A stretch of DNA of 64,000 nt from Isurus oxyrinchus (lineage: Eukaryota): NCBI GenBank assembly GCA_026770705.1, contig JANJGN010000017.1, forward strand, positions 18,290,001 to 18,354,000. Direction: 5' to 3'. Below are positions 26,337 through 38,300 of this stretch, piece by piece (position 1 is the first letter of the stretch; each line of letters begins with the position of its first letter). The position numbers were made by a program, and so were the translations under genes. Below the pieces are notes generated by a model. It made no database searches. It saw nothing but the letters and a program-made list of their open reading frames with translations, and had not been told where the DNA came from.

Positions 26337-29300
26337 CTTTCAACGGAAAATTCAGAAGTCAAACTTCAGTCAAAAAAATGTTGTGCTCGTGAAACTGAGA
26401 GATCTCTGTGTAAAATCTACTCAGGACAGTCTTAAGTCAGGTACACCAAGGTTAAACAAAAACAGAGAATGCTGGAAAAACTCAGCAGGTCTGATAGCAT
26501 CTATGGAGAGAAAGACAGAGTTAACGTTTCGAGTTCGTATGACTCTTCTTCAGAGCTCAAGAGAAGTAAAAATGTGATGAAATTTATACTGTTTGAGGGA
26601 GGTGGAGCAGATGAAGCTGGATTGAAGGCCAGCGATAGGTGGAGACAAAGGAGAGATTGACAAAGATGTCATGAACAAAAGGACAAAGGGGTGTTAATGG
26701 TAGTGATACTGGCTAAAGGAGGTGCTGATAGTGGCATTAAGGTAGAAAGCAGAATGTGGTAATAGCAGGACAAGGGTAAGCACTCTGGAAAGAACAACAC
26801 GAGCAAGTGACAGATGGCCCTAGTGGAGGTGGGGTGGGGGGAGGGGACAGTGGTGGAAAAAGATTGAAAATAGGATAAAAGGTGGGGATAAAACAATGAA
26901 TAAAAATGAAAATAAATAAAAATAAGTGGATAAAAATTTTAAAAAATGAATATTGAAAAAAGTGGATTAAAAGGAGTGGGGATGGAGGAGAGAGTTCATG
27001 ATCGAAGTTGTAGAATTCAATGTTAAATCCGGAAGGCTGTAAAGTGCCTGATCGGAAGATGAGGTGCTGTTCCTCCAGTTTGTGGTGGGCTTCACTGGAA
27101 CATTGCAGCAGGCCAAGGGCAGACATGTGGGCATGAGAGCAGGGTGGTGTGTTGAAATGGCAAGCGATAGAAAGGTCTGGGTCATGCTTTGCGGACAGAC
27201 TGAAGGCGGTCTCTCCAACGTAAAGGAGGCCACGTTGGGAGCAGCGAATGAGTAGACCAAATTGAGGGAAGTGCAAGTGAAGTGCTGCTTCATTTGAAAG
27301 GAGTGTTTGGGCCTTTGGACGGTGAGGAGGAAGGAAGTAAAGGGGCAGGTGTTGCAACTTCTGCGATTGCATGGCAAGGTGCCGTGGGAGGGGTTGAGGT
27401 ATTGGAGGAGTGGACCAGGCTGGCCCGGAGGGAACGGTCCCGACGAAATGCCGACAGGAGGGTGTCCTCATCTTCCGATTAGGCACTTTACAGCCTTCCG
27501 GACTTAACATTGAGTTCAACAACTTCAGACCATGAACTCTCTCCTCCATCCTCACCCCTTTTTTCAACATTCATTTTTATTTATTTTTATTTTTTATTTA
27601 TTTTCAGTTTTATTCATTGTTTTATCCCACCTTTTATCTTATTTTCGATCTTTTTCCCTCCACAGTCCCCTCCTCCGACCCCCACTCCGGCCATCTGTCA
27701 CTTGCTCATGTTGTTCTTCCCAGAGTGCTTACCCTTGTCCTGCTATTACCACATTCTGCTTTCTAACCTTAATGCCACCATCAGCACCTCCTTTAGCCAG
27801 TATCACTACCATTAACACCCCTTTGTCCTTTTGTTCATGACAATCTCTCCTTTGCCTCCACCTATCGCTGACCTTCCATCCAGCTTCACCTGCTCCACCC
27901 CCCTCAAACACATTTCATCACATTTTTACTTCTCTTTAGCTCTGAAGAAAAGTCATATGGACTCGAAAAGTTAACTCTCTTTCTCTCCACAGATGCTGTT
28001 AGACCTGTTGAGTTTTTCCAGCATTCTCTGTTTTTGTTTCAGATTTCCAGCATCTGCAGTATTTTGCTTTTTGCTTACACCAAGGTTAGATACAGAGTAA
28101 AGCTACCTCTACACTGTCGCCATCAAACACTCCCAGGATAGGTACAGCACGGGGTTAGATACAGAGTAAAGCTCCCTCAACACTGTGCCCATCAACTACC
28201 CTCAGGGCAGGTACAGCATGGGATTAGATACAGAGTAAAGCTCCCTCTACACTATCCCCATCAAACACCCCCAGGACAGGTACAGCACGGGGTTAGATAC
28301 AGAATAAAGCTCCCTCTACACTGATCCCATCAAATACCCCCAGGACAGGTACAGCACGGGGTTAGATACAGAGTAAAGCTCCCTCTACACTGTCCCCATC
28401 AAACACTCTCAGGACAGCTACAGCATGGGGTGAGATAGAGAGTAAAGCTCCCTCTACATTGTCCCCATCAAACACTCCTAGGGCAGGTTCTGCAGCGGTT
28501 TGTTATGGATGATTTACTCCAACAATGTATTTTAGTCCCAATCTCAGATAATTGCTTATACTGCACTAATTACAGCGGTCGTAGCAACCAGCAGACGCTA
28601 GCAGACCACCCAGTCACTGCACTGCCCCTCAGGCTCATCACTGGCAAATCCAAGGGGCCCCTGATGATCTGTTTATCACTGATTCCAAATTTAGGCCCAA
28701 AAGAAAAACTTGCATTATTTTGGCACCTTTCTCAGTCTCAAGACTTCATTGACTGTAAAATACTTTGGGAAGTCCTGGAGTGTAGTCACTGTAGTTGTAA
28801 TGTCAGAAACACAGCAGGCAATTTGCACACAGCCATTCCCACTAGCATTAATTGATCAGATAATCTGTTTTTGTGGTGTTGCTTGAGGGGTAAATTTTGA
28901 TCAGCAGCTCAGATATACCTTCGCTGGACTCCTCTGATAAGGTAGCAGTAGGATTTTTTATGTATACCTGAGAGGACAGATTGGTTTAACGTCTTATCCA
29001 AGATTTAAGCTCCAAAGGTGTAGTGCTCAGTAGCTCAGTATTCTCTTTTTTTTTATAATTCATTCATGGGATGTGGGCTTCGCTGGCTGGGCCAGCATTT
29101 TATTGCTCATCCCTAATTGCCCTTCAGAAGATGGTGGTGAACTGCCTTCTTGAACTGCTGTTAGTCCATGTGGTGTAGGTACACCCATAGTGCTGTTAGG
29201 AAGGGAGTTCCAGCAACAATGTAGGCACGTGATATATTTTCAAGGCAGGCTGGTGAGTGACTAGGAGGGGAACTTCCAGCTGGTGGTGTTCCCACCTATC

Positions 29301-32300
29301 TGCTGCCCTTGTCCTTCTAGATGGTAGTGGTCGTGGGTTTGGAAGGTGCTGTTGAAGGAGCCTTGGTGAATTCCTGCAGTGCATCTTGTAGATGTTACAC
29401 ACTACTGCTACTGTGCGTCGGCGGTGGAGAGAGTGAATGTTTGTGGATGTGATGCCAATCAAGTGGGCTGCTTTGTCCTGGATGGTGTCAAGCTTCTTGA
29501 GTGATGTGGGAGCTGCACTCATCCAGGCAAGTAGGGAGTATTCCATCACACTCCTGACTTGTGCCTTGTAGATGGTGGACAGGCTTTGGTGAGTAGGAAG
29601 TGAGTTAATCACCACAGGATTCCTCGCCTCTGACCTGCTCTTGTAGCCACAGTATTTATATGGCTAGTCCAGTTCGGTTCCTGGTCAATGATAACCAGGA
29701 TGTTGATAGTGGGGTATTCAGTGATGGTAATGCCATTGAATGTCAAGGGCCGATGGTTAGATTCCCTCTTGTTGGAGATGTTCATTGCCTGGTACTTGTG
29801 TGGCATGAATGTTACTTGCCACTTGTCAGCCCATATTATCCAGATCTTGCTGGATTTGGAGAAGGACTGTGTCAGTCCATGTCCAAGTGTACTGAAATGT
29901 CAGGCTGGATTAAGTGTTCAAGTCTCTGGAGTAAGGATTGAACCCTTGATCCCTCTAAGAGTGGTAAGAATGCTACCCACCAAGATCCTGCCTGGGGGCA
30001 TTGTGAGCTTCACCTCTAGTACCGGACACTGAGGAGGCCTATGCTTCATAGCTTGTACTTGTACCCTTACCACATTTATTTGTCACACTCACCTGTGTCC
30101 CTCAGCCCAGCAAGGATCTTATTGAAGACACCTTTGTGCGATTGTCCATCTGGATGTGTGATGAGAACGTCCACATCCCCACAGGTGGGCTTCCCGCGGC
30201 GATATGAACCACAGGCCATGGCAATCAGGGTTGGATTAATCGAGTGAGCCATATCACTCACCTGGACAGCACAGATAAGATTGATATGTACATACGAACA
30301 TACAGATTAGGAACTGGAGTAGCCTGCTCCACCATTCAATAAAATCATGGTTGATCAGATTTTAACCTCACTCCACATTCCTGCCTATCCTTATAACCTT
30401 TCACCCCTTGCGTATCAAGAATCTATCTACCTCTGCCTTAAAAATGTTCAAGGTCTTTACCTCAACCACCTTCTGAGGAAGAGAGTTCCAAAGTCTCACA
30501 AGACTATGAGAGAAAATTTTTTCCTCATGTCTTAAATGAGCGACTTCTTAATTTTAAACAGTGACCCATCGTTCTAGATTCTCCCACAAGAGGAAACATT
30601 CTCTCCACATCCACCCTGTCAAGTCCCCTCAGGATCTCATATGTTTCAATCAAGTCACCTCCTACTCTTCTAAACTCCAGTGGATACAAGTCTAGCCTGT
30701 CGAGCCTCTCTTCACAACACAACCTGCCCATTCCAGGTATTAATCTAGTAAACCTTCTCTGAACTGCTTGTAATGCATTTACATCTTTCCTTAAATAAGA
30801 TGACCAATACTGTACACAGTACTCCAGATGTGGTCTCACTCGTGCCCTGTACAACTGAAACATAACATCCCTATTCTTGCATTCAGCTCCTCTTGCAATA
30901 TACAATAACATGCTATTAGCTTTGCTAATTACTTGCTGCACCTGCATCCTAACCTTTTGCGATTCATGCACTAGGACACCCAGAATCCTCTGCATTGCAG
31001 AGCTCTGCAATCTTTCACTGTTTAAATAATATGCCTTTATTTTATTCGTCCCACCAAAATGGACAACCTCACATTTTCCCACATTATACTCCATTTGCCA
31101 GATCTTTGCCTACTCACCTAATCTATCTATATCCTTTTGTTACTTATTTTCCCACCTATCTTTGTGTCATCAGCAAATTTAGTAACCATATTATTGATTC
31201 CTTCATCCAAATCATTTATATAAATTATAAAGAGTTGAGGTCCCATCACCAATCCCTATGGCGCACTACTCGTCATATTCTGTCAACCAGAAAATGACCT
31301 ATTTATACCTACTCTCCTATTCCTGTTAGCTAACCAATCTTCTATCCATGCCAATGTTACCTAATACACCATGAGCTTTTATTTTCCACAATCTTTGATG
31401 AGGCTCCTCCTGAAAGTCTAAGTACTGTACATCCCTTTATTCACAGCACCTGTTACTTCTTCGAAGAATGATTGATAATGACCAACACTGGATTACAGCT
31501 CATCCCCCTCTCTACTCTGACACTGGGGAACTGTTCACCCCCTCTCCATTCCTCTGACATGGATTACTGTTGATCCCCCCTCTCTGCTCCTCCATCACTG
31601 GATTACAGCTCAACCCCTCTTCACTTCTCTGACACTGGATTACAGCTCAACTCCTCTCCACTCCTCTGACACTGGATTACAGCTCATCTTCCCCCCTCTA
31701 CTCCTTGGACACTGGATTACAGCTCATCCCCACCCCCCCCCCCACTCCTCGACTCTGGATTACTGTTCACCTCCCTCTCTACTGCTCCGACACTGGATTA
31801 CTGTTCAAACCCCCTCTCCACTCCTCTAACATTGGATTACAGTTCAACCCTCTCCACTCCTCCGACACTGGATTATTGTTCATCCCCCTCTCCCCTCCTC
31901 CGTCACTGGATTACAGCTCCTCCCCCTTTTCATTCTTGGTTATTTCTCCATTCCAATCTCTTTGGCACCATCTCTCTCCCCTCTGCCTCATTATCTTCCT
32001 TCCTTCAGTTAGAAAGTTCTTAACTCCTGCTGCCCTGATTGTGCTTTTCAATTTCTTGCGCCTCCTCCTGAATATATTAATGTATGGAGTTTGCAATGAA
32101 GCCATTGATGGTAACTGTATTGTCAGGCAGCTAAGCTGATAGAATCTTGACAGTTTCAGTCAAATCTAGCTAATTCGTTTGACATACAGATAGACAGTTT
32201 AATCCTGTTAATCCCTTTCTCAACGCCTTATAGCCTCACTAGGGTCCCAGTCATTGCTGTGAGTAATCCTATCACTGAACAATGGGCTTTGCTCCCCTCG

Positions 32301-35300
32301 AAATGACAACTGTTGGGTCTTCTGATTGATTTGAGAGCTGAAGCTGGTGTTCGCTCCCTCCAATCCAGGATAGGAGGCCCAATCCTTATTAATGCTGCAC
32401 AATGAAGTGGGAAAGGCAGACTGCATCCCCTCCTGCCCCCACCGAGTCACATTCCTTAGGTTTGACACTCCATGGCGGGTGCCACGGTTTTGAATTGCTC
32501 GTTGTTCCCGTGACAACTGTTGGGGGCAGCTGTGAATGTGCGGGCATGCTCAGCAGGACCTGCCAATCACTGTAGAGTGTACATCTCTATTACAGCGCAG
32601 CTTTTAACCGTGCAGATAGAATCCTTTATTTCTTCATCTGTGCAAAATACTCCTGGGTTCTCCAACAATTTCAATTAAAATGCTGGGAATTCTGAGCTGC
32701 CCTTGTTTGCCTTGGTATACCTGTTTTGAGGCAGGGATTGGTGCGTTTCCCTACACTTCAACAACAACAACACTGTGAACTTCTATAGCACTCTAACCTG
32801 GCAAAAGGTCCCCAGAGGCTTCACGGAAGCACTATCAAACAAAATTTGACACTGAGCCATACATTTGGACAGATGACCAACTGCTTGGTCGAAGAGGTAG
32901 GTTTTAAGGAATCTCTGGAGGAGTGGAGAGAGGTAGAGAGTGGAGAGATTTTGAGAGAGAATTCCAGGATGTGGGGCCCAGACAGCTGAAGGCATGGCCG
33001 CCAATGGTGGAGTGATTAAAATCAGAGATGCTCAAGAGGTCAGAATTGAAAGAGTGCCAAGATTTCAGAAGACTGTGGAACTGGAGGAGATTACAGAAAT
33101 AGGCCATGAAGGGATTTGAAAACAAGGGCGAAAATTTAAAATTAAGGCATGGCTGGATTGTGAGCACAAGGTTGAAGGGTGTTGATTCGAATATGGGCAG
33201 TAAAGTTTAGGATCACTTCAAACTTCTGTAGGATGGAGGACAGGAGGCCAGCTAGGAAAGCATTGGAAGAGTCAAGTATAGAGATAGCAAAGGCATGGAT
33301 AAGGGTTTCAGCAGCAGATGAGCTGAGACAGGGCAGAGCTGGGAGGTATTACAGAAGGCTTCATACTTCCCAATATTTATTTGGAGAAAATTTCCGCTCA
33401 TCCAGTGCTGGATGTTGTACAAACAGTCTGACATATCAGAGATGGTGAGGCTGACAGTTGTGGTGACGTAGAGCTGGGTGTTGTCAGTGTTCATGCAGAA
33501 GCTAACATTGTGTTTTTGGGTGATGTTACAGCATGTAGATGAGAAATAAGAAGGGGCCAACAATAGGTCCTTGAGGGACATCAGAGGTAACAGTGCGGGA
33601 GCAGGAAGCAAAGCCATTCAAAGTGATTCGCTGGCTGTAATTTAATAGGTAAAAATGGAACCAGGTGAGGACAGAGGAGAAGCATCAGTGGAGGATGATG
33701 TGGTCAACCATGTGAAAAGCTGCAAACAGGTTTTGAAGGATGAGGATGGAAAGTTTACCATGGCCACAGTAACATAGGATTTCATTTGTAATCTTCACAA
33801 GTGCTGTTTCAGTGATGTGTCAGGGCCAGAAACCTGATTGCAGGGTTCAAAATATGCTGGAAACCAGCTGGAAAAATTGGCACAGACTTCAAGTACTCCA
33901 TTGGTTGTGAAGCTCTTTGGGACATCCTGAGGTCATGAATGGTGCTATAGAAATGCAGGTTATATCTTTTTATTCAAGGCACAAACTGAAAAAAATAAAC
34001 ATGACCTCTACCATAAGGGAATGTCTGGGGGCAACCAAGATACATTCAGTTCAATAAAGTCACTACACTAGACACGCTGCAGTCTTTGAACTCAGCATGG
34101 TGTCAAAAATGGAACTGAGATTGAGTTTTGAAAAGCTGGAAGAGAAGCCACAGCTAAAAGCTGCTAAAAAAAAGCACAGGCAAGGAGAAGCTAACACAAA
34201 CTGAAGGCTTCAAGTAAAATAGTGGGTGAAACAAAAATGGCTGTAAATTTTTGACTCCCAGCTCCTACTAAATTAAAGGAGATACGTGGCAGAGCTGGCA
34301 ATTTTTCTATTTCCAATGACAAAATTATGAGATTGCAACAGATTTAATTCACAAGCTGTAGCCAATATGAGTATCAATACTTTTAACACCGCTGGGGAGA
34401 GACTGCTACAAATTGTATTCCACCCTAAATCTATCCGAAGAACAAAAATAACAGATGGCAGAGATTTTGAAAGCTTTGAAGACACTCTTTGAACCCCAAG
34501 CGAATGTAACTTATAAACGCTATATATTCAACACTAGGGCTCAAGTATGGTGACTGCAGTAACACAGAATCATGTGAATTTAGGCAACTAAAAGATGATC
34601 TCATTAAAGATAGAATTGTCTTAGGCATGAGATCTGACAGTGAGAGCAAGATTACTGAGAGAGGAGAAGCTTACTCTCAAGAAAGCGATAGACATGTGCA
34701 GAAACGTAGGGGTTGTAAAACATCAGCTAGAGCACATGTATAGCACAACAAACCTACGCTGAGAGACATTCCAGGCCGAAAGAGCAGAACAATTGCAGAC
34801 AAAAGGCTGGAAGCAAATAATACGGAGGACATCATACAAAAGAAAAGAAGGATTGTCCAGTGTGGGGAAAGCAGTGTTTTAACTGCAAGAGGCCAAATCA
34901 TTTTACACACAAGTGTTTGGCTAGAAAGAAGCAAAACAAACCTATGCAGATAGCCACTGGAGAGATATTAACCGAAGAGTCTGATACAACAGGCTGGCTC
35001 CGTCAAATTTATTGGTAATGACTTGTTTGTGACTGTTACAATGATGATCGCAGAAGGAGAACATCAAGTTAACAAGAAGTGTCAGATCCACACTGCTGCA
35101 TCATGCAACATCATGACCTTCACAGGCCTGTGTGAAGTAGCTCAATATGGCAATCCAAAAATGAAGCCCTTGAAAGTAAGGTTGAGGTTATATGATGGCA
35201 CGATACTCATACTGAGAGGACAAATTAGTTTGACAGCCCAATGCAATGGCAAGAATGAAGAGCTGGAGTTTCAGATCATAGACAGTATGCAACAGCCACT

Positions 35301-38300
35301 CTCTCAGCCAGAGCAAGTCTAAAGCTCTGACTGGTAACCCTAAACATGCCAGCAGAGATTTACAATGTGTCGCAGCACACTAAACCATTGACTACTAACA
35401 GATCCTAGAGGAGTACAAAGATGTGTTTATAGGATTGGGATGTCTACCTGGAGAATATCATCTAGAATAGATGAGACTGTAAGACCAATTCAGTATCTGC
35501 CGAGAAGAGTTCCAGCTGCCCTCAAGATGGTTGTGTGTGCCATTTAGCATTTCCATGGCTGCAGAAGAGTAACAACACAGAGAGCATGAGATAGTCAGTG
35601 ATCTTCCCGGAGTGGAAGCTATAGTAGATGATCTGCTATTCTATTGATGTGGAGACACAAAGGAAGAAGCCATGAATGACCATGATCAGAATTTAATATG
35701 ACTAGTAGAGAAAGCTTGCCAAATGAACCTGAAACTGAATGAGAAAAAATTGCAATTGAAGATGCGTGAAGTCAAATACATAGGTCATGTACTAACAGCA
35801 AAAGGTCTTCGCCCAGATCCTGACAAGGTGAGAGCTGTAGCAGTGATGCAGCAACCAACAGAAGTGAAAGCAGTGCAATAATTTGTTGGATTCATGAACT
35901 GTTTAGCAAAGTTTTTGCCTAATTTATCGTCGGAGTGTGAAGCATTATGCAAGCTCACAGCCAAGGATGTGCAGTGGTATTGGGGTACAGAACACGAATC
36001 AGCATTCAATAAAATCAACAACAAGTGACAACAACACCAGTGAAGTACTATGACTTTAATGAAGAAGTCGCCTTGCAGTCTGATGCCAGCGAAACAGGTC
36101 TTAGAGCAACCCTGATGCGCAAGGACCACCAGTCCCATTTGCACTGATGCGCAAGGACCACCAGTCCCATTTGCATCCAGGCCATTAATGCAAACTGAAC
36201 ATTAGGCTTAGATCGAGACACAGTGCCTGACTATTGCTTTTGATTGTGAGCGTTTTCATCAAAGCCTGCTTGGGAGAGACAACGTAACGGTGGATCCAAC
36301 CACAAGCCACTTCAAAGCATTCTCCTCAAACCACTACTGTCTGCTCCAAAGTATCTACAAAGAATGTTAATTCATTTACAGAGATATCGCTTTTTTATTA
36401 ATTCATGGGATGTGGACATTGTTGGCTAGGCCAGCATTTATTGCCCATCCCTTATTGCCCTTGAGAAGGTGGGGGTGAGCTGCCTTCTTGAACCCTGTAC
36501 TCCAGGTGCTGTAGGTACACCCACAGTGCTGTTAGGGAGGGAGTTCTAGGATCTTGACCCAGCGACAGGGAAATATATCGCGGTTCTTTCAAAGTCAGGA
36601 TGGTGAGTGGCTTGGAGGGAAACTTCCAGGTGGTGATGTTCCCATATCTCTGCTGCCCTTGTCCTTCTAGATGGTAGCCGTCATGGGTTTGGAAGGTGGT
36701 GTCTAAGGAGCCTTGCTTAGTTCCTGGCAGTGCATCTTGTGGATGGTACATACTGCTGCCACTGTGCATTAGTGGTGGAGGGAATGAATGTTTGTGGATG
36801 TGGTGTCAATCATCTGCACGTGATATAGAAGCAAAGGAAACATATGTACATTGCTGACATGCTGTTGAGAGCAGCACTCCCCATGAAGAAAGTTGAGGAT
36901 GTTCAACAGAATGTGAGATCTTCTAGATTCAAAGTGAAGCAGCAGCTTGACATGCTCTGGAATTCATCAACCTAGCAAAGATGATGAATCTGACAGACAA
37001 ACACCTTGCTCGAATCAAGCGATCTAACCAACAAGATACAATCTCCAAGTGTGCAAGAATGGCCTGAGAGCATCAAGGACACAACTGTGATCACAAGAGC
37101 ATATTGGGCATACTGAGGTGAACTGATAGCCCAAGATGGCATCTTGAACAAAGGAAATAAGAGTCATCATCCCTAAGGGAAGAAATGTTGAAGCACATCC
37201 ATGCAAGCCACCAAGTAAATGAATTGAGTCTGAGAAAAGCAAGAGAAATGCTCTACTGGCCAAACATGAGCAATGAAATTAAAGACCACATTGGCAAGTG
37301 CGGTGCTTGTAACGAGCACCAACCTAAATCATTCATGAGTGAAGAGCTCAGCCGTTTCACAGGATTGGAAAATTCAACACTATACATTATCTCTGCATTA
37401 TACACGGTTGAATGGAAAGACTGAGGTGGCAGTGAAAATTGCCAAATGAATTATCAAGAAATTGAGTAAATCTAGCACAGATACATACATGGCAATCCCC
37501 GAGTGGAGAAACACACCAACTGAAGTCCTGGAAAATAGTCCAGTCCAAAGACTAATGTCAAACTACTCTTCTAATATCAAAATGCTACTGAAGCCAGAAG
37601 TAGTAACAGGCATGTGTGAAAATATCAAGGAGAAACGGCAGAAAGCTAAATTTCATTTTGACAAGACTGCCAAACCATTGGTAACGTTGAGCATTGGAGA
37701 GCCAGTCAGGGTACAAATCTTCAATACTCTCAACAGGAGTCAGCCCACGTGGAAACTTAGGACGTACATAGAACAGTTGTCACCTCGATCGTACGCGGTA
37801 GACATGAACAACCAAATATACTGCAGACACATACAAACAACTAGAGAAGCTGTTCCTTCACTGCAGACACATACAAACAACTAGAGAAGCTGTTCCTTCA
37901 CTGCAGGCGGCCGGTCAGGAAGATGGGATCTCACCAGCTGCACAGAATACAGAACGGCCATCATTCCCAGTGGTCCACCAGTCCCCACCAACAGAAATGG
38001 AACAACAACAATCGTTACCACGGCAACAAGTGCCATGGGAACGTTGCCCCCATGCCAGAGAAGGAACATCACCCAGAAGAACAGCCAATGACGACATGCA
38101 CATGCACCATTAACAGACCTGCACGATTTAACAACTATGCGTGCAATGCATTTGCAGAGTCTAACTAGAATAACGAACAGCTTGTTAATGCATGATAACA
38201 GTTGTGGTCTAATGGGTAACGCACAGTTTCACATGATAGTGCATGCAAATTTGTCTTTGTTTGTTATGGAAAGGGGGATGTTTAGGTTTTGAAATGCAAT

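Larger units (their letters stand above)
26455..28075. mobile_element. Penelope-like element with an inverted (tail-to-tail) arrangement, GIY-YIG remnant, two hammerhead motifs and a 13-bp TSD
   Basis: Minus copy 26455-27465 encodes GIY-YIG remnants ([29 protein letters not shown]); inverted copy 27466-28075; TACACCAAGGTTA at 26442-26454 and 28076-28088. Confidence 0.9.

Noticed and set aside
26737-27570. 277-aa ORF as a novel gene
   Set aside because: Chimeric read-through of inverted PLE arms; only part is in the GIY-YIG frame.
28076-28488. Regularly spaced repeats as a CRISPR array
   Set aside because: Whole 69-bp units repeat with no unique spacers; eukaryotic intron; no cas genes.
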